From: the human T2T-CHM13v2.0 reference genome, Homo sapiens
Strand: one strand, 5' to 3'
Assembly: GCF_009914755.1 (NCBI RefSeq)
Contig: NC_060925.1
Length of the DNA: 64,000 bases
Shown here in pieces: positions 1 to 13,809 of the stretch; the stretch's first letter is position 1; the number at the start of each line of letters is the position of its first letter. The notes under the pieces were generated by a model. The model was not told the DNA's origin and did no database searches. It saw only the letters and a list, made by a program, of their open reading frames with translations. The position numbers and the translations under genes were made by a program.

Positions 1-250
<250 letters not shown>

Positions 251-494
251 AAAAATTAGATTTCTATTGCAAAATGTCCTTGGGAATAAAGTTATGAATC
301 TAAATAATTATTTAACAATAAAACACTCCACTTATTTCTAAGTATATATTATTTACATATGTTTAACTATTAAAATATTTTATTATTAAAATTATTTGAA
401 GTTGAATGAATTCTGTGATGTGAGGTCTTCGACAAATTACTTAACATCCTTTAGTGTGTTTCTGTGAGGTGGGGATTAAAGAGATGATTTCATA

Positions 495-1090
<596 letters not shown>

Positions 1091-1861
1091 GCACTATAGT
1101 CAGTTAGAAGACAACATGCAAGGGTTGGTGGGCATATTTAACCTTAAAAGGGGTGTAATGAGACTAGAAAATGGTGATTTAAGGCTGCCACATATTTGAA
1201 AGAGTCAATGGCCAAAGGGTTATTCATATTTTAGAATTACAAGCTTATCTGTAACCAGGAGTGTTTTTCATTAGAAGTGGATATGTTAAAATGGCAAATG
1301 GAAAGCACTTTCAAACTGCAGTGAGTCAAAAGGGGAATGGAATGGAATCCTCAGTAGGGAGGACCCTAATTCCATTGACTCCAATCCACATCAAATGCTG
1401 TCACTCTGGTTGGGGACCATGTCTGGGCATGAGAAGGAGGACCAATTCTTCCAGGGCAGTATTGAGTCATGTCTACTTTGAGAAGCTGGTGAAAGTTATG
1501 AACTCTTTCCAAGGAAAAATAAACTTGTAAACAAATGGAGCAGTCATCTCAGAAGTTATTTTCCTTCTGAAAGTTAGGTTCAGAATCTCTGTTTTAAAAG
1601 AAAACTCATATTGCTGCACTTTCTCCCCTCTCTGAAGAACCAATAAATAGTAGCAACTTCATCAATTAAATTGCCATATCAACACTGTTGATCCTCAAAT
1701 CACTTCTGATCAGTTCTTTGAATGTGTGATAACCTTTTTTGTACCCCATCTTACCTGACATTTCGTTGTACTTAGATGTGAGTCTTTTCCAAGATGAAGA
1801 TCTCAGAGAAAACCCAATTACAATTTAGATGCTGTACTATTTATCAAACCCTCTTAAGAAT

Positions 1862-2290
1862 AACCTAAATGTCCAACAATGATAGACTGGATTAAGAAAA
1901 TGTGGCACATATACACACCATGGAATACTATGCAGCCATAAAAAATGATGAGTTCATGTCCTTTGCAGGGGCATGGATGAAGCTGGAAACCATCATTCTC
2001 AGCAAACTATCGCAAGGACAAAAAACTAAACACTGCATGTTCTCACCCATAGGTGGGAATTGAACAGTGAGAACACATGGCCACAGGAAGGGGAACATCA
2101 CACACTGGGGACTGTTGTGGGGTGGGGGGAGTGGGGAGGGATAGCATTAGGAGATATACCTAATGCTAAATGACGAGTTAATGGGTGCAGCACACCAGCA
2201 TGGTACATGTATACATATGTAACAAACCTGCACGTTGTGCACATGTACCCTAAAACTTAAAGTATAATAATAATAAAATTTAAAAAAAGA
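1862..2290 (+). mobile_element. 5'-truncated L1PA (about L1PA3-5): ORF2 end plus 3'UTR
   Basis: GGATTAAGAAAATGTGGCACATATAC...CTAATGCTAAATGACGAGTTAATGGGTGCAGCACACC...AAAACTTAAAGTATAATAA; G-rich L1 3'UTR tract at 2107-2140. Confidence 0.93.
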
Positions 2291-2524
2291 GTAATAGATC
2301 AAATATTTCTATACAACATTTACTACTACTTTGAATAATAAATGAACATTACTATTTTTAGTTCCATGATTTAGAAATTAGCCTAGGACAGTGGGACATA
2401 TGGCTCACAAGAACCATCTGTCCCTGCCTATTTGCTAATTCTTATGCCATATTGCTGAGGATCAAGTCTTTCATGACCTTCTTGAAAGATTCTGATGAGC
2501 TATTTTTGTTTTATGTTTTATCAG

Positions 2525-2693
2525 CAAGCTCCTGAAGATACAATGCCTGGAAGGTGGAATCTGGGAGCAAGGCAGCTGCATTCCTGTGGTGTGTGAGCCA
2601 CCCCCTCCTGTGTTTGAAGGCATGTATGAATGTACCAATGGCTTCAGCCTGGACAGCCAGTGTGTGCTCAACTGTAACCAGGAACGTGAAAAG
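2525..2693 (+). CDS. PAPPA2: Pappalysin-2 coding exon (about exon 18): end of CCP3 and start of CCP4, [56 protein letters not shown]
   Basis: ttttatcag|C acceptor, AAG|gtaagg donor, 169 nt (phase 2 to 0); Cys/Trp Sushi pattern; matches recalled PAPP-A2 sequence. Confidence 0.96.
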
Positions 2694-4049
2694 GTAAGGA
2701 ACATTTTTTGAACTTATTTTCATCAGGCTGTGCTCTAATCTTGATGCCCAATCCAAGAAATTTGAGAAATGAAATTTCTAAAGAATTCCAACAGGCAGGG
2801 ACTTGGGATTCTAATCGGGAGTGTTGGTATTATGCAATAGAAAATTCAGAAAATACCACATTTTTAAAATGTTCTCTCCTGAGTTCAGAACTTCCTCTGA
2901 GGTAAGAAGAATCCAGTGGGTAGAGTACCAGGTATATTCCAAAAAGAATGCTGGGATCCTGATTTAGCAATGTGATCTCCTCTCATGGATGGCCACTGAC
3001 ATAAGTTGGCTACAAATACTAGTATTATTATTTTTCTAAAACAGAGTCCTGAACAGAAACACAAATTCCTCGGCAAAGCTGGAAGTGCTGTTTGACTCTT
3101 CCCCTCCCTAGGATTTTGGCACAAAAGGTCTCAAATGAAAAACACAGTCTTATCTTTGTTGTGTGACTAAAAGCAATTTTATTTTAGAATCTTTCAAGCC
3201 TCACACACATACATGAGACAGGAAGTCAAGCAGACTTCCTAGGCAAAGGTCAGCGTCCTTGTCTGCTCCCTTGGCACCTGTTATCTTAGTTTCCAGTACT
3301 CCAAGGTAAGCACCATGGAACAGATGTGAAAAGAATATGGCAGAAAATGAGACCCCTGAGAAATCAAGCACATCCGGTTGCACTGATGGGTTAAGGAACC
3401 ATCAAGTTGACCAGATGAAGGGAGGGCTACCTACATTTCTAAAATCTTACTTTTTGGGGTTTTGAGAGTTAGTGCTACTCTCTATGTTCTAGATAGAGTA
3501 TAATTCGTGAAGCCAAGAGTTACACAAACCAGCACACATGTGGAGAAAGGGAATAGAATTTTGGTGAGACCAAAAACAACTATGATGTGCCCATTTAAGC
3601 AGAAAGGCAAAAACACACCTTTAGGAAATATTATGAATTGGTTTCACTGGATGAAACTCGTCTTGAAAAAATCTGACATTTGCCACAAGCAACATTTGTG
3701 TGATAGTAGGGGATGAATCAGTGTAAAACAACACCATCTGGGAAACAATTCCAAAAATAGCTCTGAATATATGAGCTTCGGTTGATAGCTGATTGTGTTC
3801 CTATATATAAAGGAAAATACATTGTTAATGCATTTCATTAGTGGAAAAAAATTGTCATCATGATTCCTCTGCTTGGAAAAAGCAAAGAATTTTTTTTTTT
3901 TTTTGGCCAGTAACAATATGTTGTTTCAATAGTGTCTTTTGGTCCAGGTTCTAGAACTGGAGAATACTACCACTTAATCAGACCACTTTTTTCAACTCTC
4001 AATAAAGTTAACAAAACAATAATTAAGATGTTTACTTTTGATATTCTAG

Positions 4050-4611
<562 letters not shown>

Positions 4612-5310
4612 TAGCTGCTTTAGTAAAATTGAGATTTATGGCAACTTTGAGGGGCCTAGACCAGATGGATTTGTGGTATGGTTTGTAGCTCCAAGATGAA
4701 AGGTGGGACTGTGTAGCCACATAGCATGTGTCTGCTGGGCTCCTCCATTCTACTTCATTCTCTGTGGTTGTTACTGGAGTGGAGAATTACTGAAAGAGAT
4801 GATTTGACATTCCTCTTTCATGCATCATTCTTCAGCCATTCTTTCTCTGCAGAGGAATAGGCTCCAGAGTCGTGGACAACTTCTTATTCAAGCAATTACA
4901 ATTAAAGGTCTTCGTGGCCAGAGCTGATTTATAGTCATGTTAACTTTGCCTTGGCTGGCCCTAAATATCATAGGAAAGAGTTGTAGCTGATGCGAAACCT
5001 TGTAAGATTACTCCTAAATTCTGAACTGCATTAGCAAGGAGTAATTTTATCGGACATTCTAACCAATGCCAATGAGTATAATTTGCATTAATTAGGAAGC
5101 TCATTGCCATCTTCAAGGTGCTCTTTGCACAGTGATGTCTTGTGGTCAGGCATAGAGTATCAGGGAATTCAGATGCTCCTCTTGGGTGGTATTTCACAAA
5201 CAGGTTCTCATCCTCCAAGCCTCCAATTTCTGCGTTAAAATATCATATACTCACATATCTAGAGGCCTTAAGAGGAATGTAGTTCTTTTGATTGTTTTAA
5301 AAGTCACTGA

Positions 5311-5447
5311 ACCCACTAACTCGTCGGTGGGTGCAGCGCACCAGCATGGCACATGTATACATATGTAACTAACCTGCACAATGTGCACATGTACCCTAAA
5401 ACTTAAAGTATAATAAAAAAAAAGTTAAAAATAAATAAATAAATAAG
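5311..5447 (+). mobile_element. Very short young L1 (L1PA2-like) 3' end with 15-nt 5' inversion
   Basis: GTGGGTGCAGCGCACCAGCATGGCACATGTATACATATGTAACTAACCTGCACAATGTGCACATGTACCCTAAAACTTAAAGTATAATAA plus A tail; TSD AGTCACTGAA at 5302-5311 and 5448-5457. Confidence 0.92.
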
Positions 5448-6262
5448 AGTCACTGAAAAACATAGAAACCTAGACAGTAAGGACTAAAAAGAAACTTGGA
5501 AATCATCAAATCTATAGATGAGGAAATAGAGAACCTAGAGAGTGTATTTTCTCTTAATATAATTTTAGGAGACATTTGGACTCTGTGTGGAAGGGAATAG
5601 AGCAAGATTTTTCTACAAGAGACCAACACATGCCCAAAGTCTCTGCTTCTGATTCTTCACTGCTTCCTCCTTTAATCAAATAGGTTTATTGGCTGCTGAT
5701 GCAATTATCTTTAGTACAGCAATAGAAAGAATAGTCTCTGGAGTAATTTTATAATTTCTGGGCCATTTCCCGCCACCCACCACCACCACCACCAGCATGT
5801 CAAGTTCTTAGGTAGTAGTTGTTGCAATTTTAAGCTTCCAGGAGACCATGTAAACAGGAATATTAGATATATTTAAAAGTTATGAGCCAATCAGGATAGA
5901 CTTTGTCTAGCTAGAGTCCTGGAGGGGATCTTGGAGGCCAGCTGGGCCAAGAGTTAATCTTTCAATTACTACATCATGTAGAAATTCAGGCATTCCAGAG
6001 GAGGGGTTATCCTGGACAGGACAGAGGAGGGGACACCTGCAGCAAGTTGAGTTAGGTTGGGGCAGAGTCTCTTTACCAATTAGTGTGAAGGTATTCCTAC
6101 AGGAACACAGTAGATGAATATCAGCCCTGCCTACAACGTCATAATATGGTGACCCATGATGAAAGCAGTTGTTCTTTAAAAACTCAAAGCTATTGATTCC
6201 TGAAAGAAAAAGAATGAGATCTGGGAAGTTCAAGTCTCTGCTGTAAACTTCTGTTCTTTCAG

Positions 6263-6372
6263 GTGCAGTGTGTTCCCCATTGTGTGTAATCCCCCCCAGT
6301 GACCCCGTGATGCTACCTGAGAATATCACTGCTGACACTCTGGAGCACTGGATGGAACCTGTCAAAGTCCAG
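6263..6372 (+). CDS. PAPPA2: Pappalysin-2 coding exon (about exon 20), within CCP5: (G)[36 protein letters not shown]
   Basis: ttctttcag|GT acceptor, CAG|gtgagg donor, 110 nt (phase 1 to 0); N-glycosylation sequon NIT. Confidence 0.96.
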
Positions 6373-6561
6373 GTGAGGAAAGGGACATTGTTATGTGCCA
6401 AAGACATGAGTCTGCTGAGCAACACTTGGAGCATTATTTTTTGGAGTAATTTCAGAGGCTTTCAAAGCATCCTCAAAGCAAACAACCACATGGATTATTC
6501 CTAGAAAGAAGGATTAAACATTGAAAAGAAAAAAGAGGGAAGCTTGAAAACAAAGATATCC

Positions 6562-6761
6562 GCCGAGGTGGGCGGATCACAAGGTCAGGAAATTGAGACC
6601 ATCTGGCAAACACAGTGAAACCCCATCTCTACTAAAAATACAAAAAATTAGCCCAGTGTGGTGGCGGGTGCCTGTAGTCCCAGCTACTTGGGAGGCTGAG
6701 GCAGGAGAATGGCGTGAACTCCAGCCTGGGCAACAGAGCGAGACTCCATCTCAAAAAAAAA
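6562..6761 (+). mobile_element. 5'-truncated AluY-like element with internal deletion of about 44 nt
   Basis: Y-type GAGACCATC and GGAGAATGGCGTGAAC; jumps from GTGAAC directly to TCCAGCCTGGG. Confidence 0.88.
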
Positions 6762-6959
6762 TTCAAGTATATCAAGTATACTTTTAGATGCCTACAGAGT
6801 TTATTTGCCTTGCTCTGGGGGTTCTGCTTTGTATTCCTGCCTGACTTATAGAATAATACATTTTTATTAAAGGAAGAATTTCTGAGGTCTTAGGTAGTCT
6901 GGCGTTTTGATGAAAAACATATCGAAGTAGCAACTGACATAAAAGGAAGAATGAGGTCC

Positions 6960-7115
6960 TCCGGGGTTCAAATACAATGTCACTTACTCCTTGGAGCCTC
7001 TGTCTGCTCACCTGCAAGGGTGAGGGTAATATCTAGCTTGCATGGTTGTTATTAAATTTAAAATAACACATGTGAAATGTCTTGCACAGTTTCTAGCACA
7101 TAGTTCTTAATTAAA
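6960..7115 (+). mobile_element. MIR remnant
   Basis: GGGTTCAAAT...GCCTCTGTCTGCTCACCTGCAA...GCACAGTTTCTAGCACATAGT, MIR core and tail-like. Confidence 0.6.
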
Positions 7116-9266
7116 TAGAAATGAGATTTCAGTTCACTTAGTACAAATCTTACCCCTTGGAAATATCCTCCATCCCTGAAAAGATATCACTAGCTATCTC
7201 CATGCAAAATAAAGAAAAATGGGGTTCTATAGTTTGTGTGTGTGTATATGTGTGCACGTGTGTGTATATACAATAATGTCTAGGTCATTTGTCTTTTTTT
7301 GTCTCTTTTATAAACTGTGCTGAGAAAGGAACTAATGGCTATTCACTGTTCCCTATTGGAACACCTCTGACAACAGAAGCAATTTCTAAGAGCTTTTTAT
7401 TGTGAGACTGAGAAGAGAGGCAGGATGAAAATATAGTACTTTTAGATGTGTCAAGGGCATGCTGGATGTGAGAGACAATAGGTAAGGGTTTGAAGTTTTC
7501 AGATGGACTTTCTAGGCCCTTGTCATTGCAATGGTGTCTTCCTCCTTCACCTGTTACGCATGGGGATCTAGACCCTTCTGGTGGGGTAAGGAGTATACTG
7601 ACAGAAAGGAAGGATGCCAGACCAATCTATGTCTGCCAGCCAAGGTGATTGAGCAGTGGGACCTGGCAGTTGGGACAGGCAGGGGGCAGCTGAATCGTCA
7701 ATGGTGATGCCCATTGCTCATGTCCTCATGTGCCCAGATCAAAGGCCTCTGCCCAATGCCCCTGCACCTGCAGCAGCACAGACACTCCTGTTGTCCAAGG
7801 CACCTGCACCCAGCAAGTGGGAGAAGCTCCCTCAGACTTTCACTAGAGGCACTTTTTTATTTTCTCATCCCTTTTTTTTCTAGATTCTTATTCTTTTTCT
7901 TCTTTTCTGCCATGCTAATCCCAATTCCCCAGTAAACTGTACTACTGCTGAGGGTGGAAATGATACCTTCTCCTTCACCCCCGGTATCTCCTCAATGCGG
8001 GATTCATTTCATCTTTTACTCAGGAGGAGGTGGCTGCAGGAAATCAAAGGGCCCACAGAAAAGGATGACTGCCACAGAGCCATTTCTCAAAGAAAACCTT
8101 TTTGTTTTCCCAAAAAGCTTATGTTAAGTTGAATTTTTATGATTATCCTTAATCATGATGTCAAGAGAGTGTTTTACTGTATCTCATGACTTTAAAATAG
8201 GAAAAATTAATGTTTTGCAAAGTAGTAGTCCTTCAGGAGACTGATTTCATGGAGAATTTTTTTAACATATTGTGGCAATTGTTTGCATGTAAATGAGTTT
8301 TTCTAAATAGCATTTGAAAGTGTTTCCTTCTGAAGTACAAAGACATTCATCATGACATCTCATTTCCCCTATTATTTTGCTTCATAAATTCATTTTTCCA
8401 CAGACTAAACAGCACTATTTTTCTGGAATACCATAATTATGAATTAGTGAGGTCCAAATAAATGAGATTTTCCTGTGGATACATGAAATAGGTTTGCAAA
8501 GAGCCTTTAACACTATATGAAATCTCTCCCAAATTCCCAGCTTTTCAACAGAATTCTCCAGTTATATCAAATCTTATAATTTCTAACTTTGTTTTCCCAA
8601 ATTGTTCCCCAAAACATAAATAGTGCTTTAAATAAAAATGACTGTTTTAAAGAGAAGGGAGAAGGAGGAAGAAAACGAGAAGATAATACACTGGCAAAAG
8701 CCACAGTTTCCAACCAAATGACCTCACTCTTCCCTCTGGCTCTTAATGCTCAGCCCCACCCCCAAAGTGTCCTCTTGATGGGTACAACTGTGTGTAACAG
8801 CTCCAGTGACACTGGCTGCAGATCATTGGAGACTCAGACATGAGTCATGGAAAGGTCTTCTTTTTCATCATTTTTAAGCATGGAATCATTCCCTCTAGGC
8901 ATCAAGTGTCCCATCACTGGAGGAGAGTAGACAAGAGCGTCTTGGAGGAAAGGGGAGGAGGAACAGAAAAGCAAGTTGCAGGGTAGTGTGCTATGGTCTA
9001 AATAAACATGCAAAGGATGTTTTACTCAGGAGCACATACATGTAGCAATAAGGAAATTATCACAAATGTGGACATTGGCAGAACTCTGTGCCCTGATGTG
9101 ATTAGCAGCCCATTCTGTCAAATAACTACTCCCATTAAAAAATAATTGAGCAATTTTCTGTTAGCCTTTATTGTTGGCTATTCTTGAGTTTTGTGACCTT
9201 TAACAAGACATTTAACCAGGCAACGGCCTTCATGGTGACTTATGACCATCCTAGTAACCTTTACTG

Positions 9267-9630
9267 TTTCTTTCTTTCTCTTTCTTTTCTTTTCTTTTCT
9301 TTCTTTCTTTCTTTTTCTTTCTTTTCTTTTCTTTCTTTTTCTTTCTTCTTTCTTTCTCTTTTTCTTTTTCTTTTCTTTCTCTCTTTCTTTCTTTTTCTTT
9401 CTTTCTTCTTTCTTTCTCTCTTTCTCCCTCTCTCTTTTCCTTCTCTTTCTTTCTTTCTTCCCTTCTTTCTGTCTTTCTTCCTCCCTCTCTCTCCTCTTTC
9501 TTTCTCCCTCTTTCTCTTTCTGACCCCCTCTCTCTCTCCCACGTCCTTCCTTCCTCCCTCCTTCCTTTCTTCCTTCCCTCCCACTCCCTTCCTCCCTCTA
9601 TTTTCTTTTCTTCCTTTCTTTTCCCCTTGC
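9267..9630. repeat. Long degenerate (TTTC)n/(CT)n/(TTCC)n polypyrimidine tract
   Basis: About 360 nt almost entirely C/T on the + strand; source of spurious F/L/S and K/R/E ORFs. Confidence 0.97.
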
Positions 9631-10044
9631 TTTTTAGAAACTTTCAAATTGTCCAATCAGGAGGAAATTTTTAAACTAATTTTCTCTTAAACTTTTTTTA
9701 TGTTGGAAAGTTCAAAACAAATCTTTGGCATTTAGATACTGGAACTCAATCATGCAAGAAGTTGCTTGCTAATAGCATAATTGCAATAGTTGCAATAACA
9801 TAGTAATGCATAGATTTGCATTTGTACAATAACAAATTCAGAATAGTTGTTACCAATAGGGAGGAAGGAAGTATAATTATATTGGACGGACATATATAGG
9901 AGACATGAATTGAATCTATAGTGACATATTCTGGAAAATGTTAACAATTTTTGATAAAGTTAGGCAAAGGATATAAAGTTTTCTTATCATTATAGCTTTA
10001 TATGATTGTAATTTTTCAAAAGTGTTTCAGAAAATAAGAAAATC

Positions 10045-10434
<390 letters not shown>

Positions 10435-12743
10435 TCACAGCCCTCTTGCTCCTCAAATGCTCCCATAGAATTGAGTCTTGAAAAACATTTGAAATTTCCC
10501 TCCAATTATAATTGCTAAGTACTTGTTTTATTAATGGCATATACATATATTTATAAATAGGGAACATCTTTATGAGATATATGATTTTCATAGAAGAAGG
10601 CTAGAGACACGATATCATAATTAGTGGCTGGCAAATGCTTGTAAAATTTCGTCTTTCCATAAGTCACTGAGGTAAGAAGTAGGAATGCTAGATAGTCCCT
10701 ATTCTAAAGGATTTTGCAATCTAGGAAAGGATATGACACAGGTACCACCAACTTTTGCAATTTCTGTAGCAGTTAAGGAGAGATGTCAGTATAAATTAAT
10801 TAGTCTCAAAATTGAATTATGCATCATTAAAAATCTATAAGGTGGGTATTGTCAACTCCACTATTATGAATTTATTCTTCAGATATACTTGTACATGATT
10901 TATATATAAGCTTTGTTTGTTATAGCAAATGACTGGAAATAACCAAAATATTCATCAACAGGGATCTGATTAAAGATTTTGAACTCTTTAAGGGCCTTAA
11001 CTAGGTTTATGGATTTTCAGATCCCCTTGCTCACTGGAAAATCTGACCCATAGTGAGTGAGTGAGGTATTTATATGTTTGGTCTGAATTGAATAACTGAC
11101 TGATTAGGGTGGGGAACTGGGGGTCCATAGTGAATACCCTTCTATGAGAAGGAATAAAGTTCTCATACATTTACCTTTCAAAGAACAAATTGTATTTTGC
11201 CATTGCTACTATCTGGGACCCCAAAGTAGTACAAACCATTGATATTTTAAATAATAAAATTTATGACCACTGCTCAGTAGAGCTCCAGTGGAACCTGCTT
11301 TAAAGCATAAACAAGAATTATTTCTAGTTAACAGAATTACTGTTGATATGCAAATGGTTCTGCATAAATGGCTGTAAGTGCAGGAGAATAACTCACTTTT
11401 TCAGTAGGCTGAACACCCCTTTTGTGTTTACCTTATATATTTATTTTGATAACCCCTTTTTAATACAATAATGACTTAAGCCAAGTCACTTTCAAATATT
11501 GCAATATGAAGTTTTGAATATCAAACTTTATAAGGATTTATACTACTTATTTTCCCTCTAGAGAAGCTGTGAAGGAGGAGTTTTAGCTTTTAGCAGTACG
11601 ACTCCAGAAAAATATTGCAGATCCCCATTCTCCTACCTGACTATGAGGTATATATTTATAGACCTGCATATTAGCATATGTGAATGTCTCCAATCTAATG
11701 ATTACACATTGTTAGCTTTCTAGAATTCCTGTAGGTGCTATCTCGTGTAAAGCTCCTGTGTTGCCATGTATTCTTTTTCTTCTGAGTGCATGGAATTTCA
11801 GTTGGACTGATTAAAATGTGAATATGCAGGTCTGCAGAAGGGTGGGTTGGTAGCAGGCTATGGAGAGAACCTTCTTTTCTCTTTGAAACCTGCCATGGGA
11901 CTTTCTTTTATCCTTAGAAAAGCATATTCTTTGAGAATTTTAAACTATAAAAAGAAAAAGAAAAAAGTTTTGTGAAAATGAGTTATTATTATTTAACAAA
12001 AAGTAGATGACTATTTGTTTAAATATGCATCTGGAAATGGCCATCAGGAAAGAGGCAGTCAACAGCATCTCAAGATGAACGTAACTGCGCTCCCACCAGC
12101 TTGATGTTGGTGTCATTTTGAGTAGCAGTGATTTCACACTAGCCCTGTGTGTCCTGCATATGTGTACTGTCTGGTTTCCTACAGGGCAGGCTGCATGATG
12201 ATACCAAGAATTACAGAGTGCAATTTCACCTCCAGTCCTGGTGTGGGCACTCACATCTTATAATCTAGCATTTCTGAGGTCCACATTTAGTTGAAGAATC
12301 TGTAAAACTGTATTTGTCGATCTTTAAAAGCCCATTGTGTGTGATCAACACAACCATCTTACAATTTCTTGTAACATTATTTAAAATTTCAAAATAAGTG
12401 GAACTAATATTATGCCTGAAACCAGATGAAACTCATTATAATATTGAGGATGCTTTTTTAAACCACACTACACCACTCTGAAAATTTCGGTATCTTGGGA
12501 AAGAGGATGAAAAGTTTCGAGAAATCTCCTCCACTGAGACTTCCTGCCTGAACCACATCTGTCAGGGTGGGCAGTGTGCACGGGAAAGGCTAGATAGCCC
12601 CAATCCACTTTATGGGACACAATTAGAAACTAGCTGCTTGAGAAATGGAGTTGGACTCCTGTGGTGAGCTCAGGATTTGCCCCTTCTCACACACAACAAA
12701 TGTCTTTAATTTTGTTTTCTGTTTTTCCCGTCTTTCCCCTTAG

Positions 12744-12815
12744 AGCATTGTGTGCACTGGCCGGCGTCAATGGCACCCAGACCCCGTCTTAGTCCACTGC
12801 ATCCAGTCATGTGAG
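12744..12815 (+). CDS. PAPPA2: Pappalysin-2 coding exon (about exon 21), end of CCP5: SIVCTGRRQWHPDPVLVHCIQSCE
   Basis: Long pyrimidine tract ...tttccccttag|AGC, GAG|gtaaga donor, 72 nt (phase 0-0). Confidence 0.96.
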
Positions 12816-13124
12816 GTAAGATAGCCTCCCCTTCCCCAACTCAGACTAGAGAACTCAGGTGGATTTAACTTATGGAGCTTGAATCCTTCTAATTTAGGAC
12901 CTGGCCCCTCTCCTATTCCTCTGTCCTTTGTTTAACTTCTTAAATTAAGTTGGTTCCACGATCTTAAATTTACAGAAATTAGGAGTTCTGATTTTTGTTT
13001 TGTTTTAGCAAAATCTTTGGAGATCCACTTTAAATGACTTAATAAAAGCTAACTTAAAAAGCAAGTCAGAATTATTTATGGTTTTGGGATTCTGTAACTG
13101 GGCCTTGTTTGAGCTTAATTCACT

Positions 13125-13510
13125 CAGGGTTTTGGAGACTGATGGCCCACTGACAGGTTTATTTGGCCAGCACAATGTCTAAAACCAATTTTCTTTTTGG
13201 TTGCCAATGTTTAAAAATTAGGATTTTTACATAAAATTCATATGTGCATATATAACATTACACACATATGCACACATCCCAAATAAAAATAAATATTTAA
13301 AACTCTGCACAAAGATTTTTCTCTTGAAAAACAAGACTAGCTGGCAACCGTGATGACAATTAGCTGGATCTGAGTAGCAGCTGCACCCCAGGTGGGCAAC
13401 TCTCTCCAGTTAGCACAGCTTTTACCTTTCCCTATGGCTACTTACCTGGTGGGCACCCCTTGTTTAAAATAACTGCCTGGGTCATGCAGGCATCTATGCT
13501 TGCAATCTCT
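13125..13510 (+). mobile_element. MER102-like hAT-Charlie DNA transposon fossil
   Basis: GGCCCAC...TTTGGCCAGCACA, CTCTTGAAAAA...CTGGCAAC, TGAGTAGCAGCTGC and GCAGGCATCTATGCTTGCAA match recalled MER102 blocks. Confidence 0.6.
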
Positions 13511-13649
13511 TAGGTAGACCTGTTGTCCACTGTTGATTAACCAAACTAGACCTTTACCACCTCAAGAAATCTTGTCTACTTCTTCACATAGTAGATTCCC
13601 CAATCAGTGGGGGGATGTAGGCTGCTGTGATTTCTTTAGTTAGATTAAC

Positions 13650-13711
13650 TGAAGTTAATTTTAAAAGTCAACTTTTAAATTGAAGTTAATTTTAAAAGTC
13701 AACTTTTAAAT
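13650..13711. repeat. Perfect 2x31-bp tandem duplication with internal palindrome
   Basis: TGAAGTTAATTTTAAAAGTCAACTTTTAAAT at 13650-13680 and 13681-13711. Confidence 0.95.
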
Positions 13712-13773
13712 AGGGCAGAATATTTCTAAGAAACGATGACCTAGAAATTCTGTCATAGGGGAAGGAGATGCTT

Positions 13774-13809
13774 ACACACACACACACGCACACACACACA
13801 CACACACAC
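13774..13809. repeat. (CA)n microsatellite
   Basis: About 18 AC units with one CG interruption. Confidence 0.95.

Noticed and set aside
2107-2140. G-quadruplex-like G tracts
   Set aside because: Ordinary L1 3'UTR G-rich tract found in very many copies
5907-6434. 175-aa minus-strand ORF
   Set aside because: Non-ATG start, partly the antisense shadow of a real exon, no recognisable domain
9184-9690. ORFs of 168, 93 and 131 aa (F/L/S-rich and K/R/E-rich)
   Set aside because: Translations of the TC-rich simple repeat, which lacks stop codons by composition
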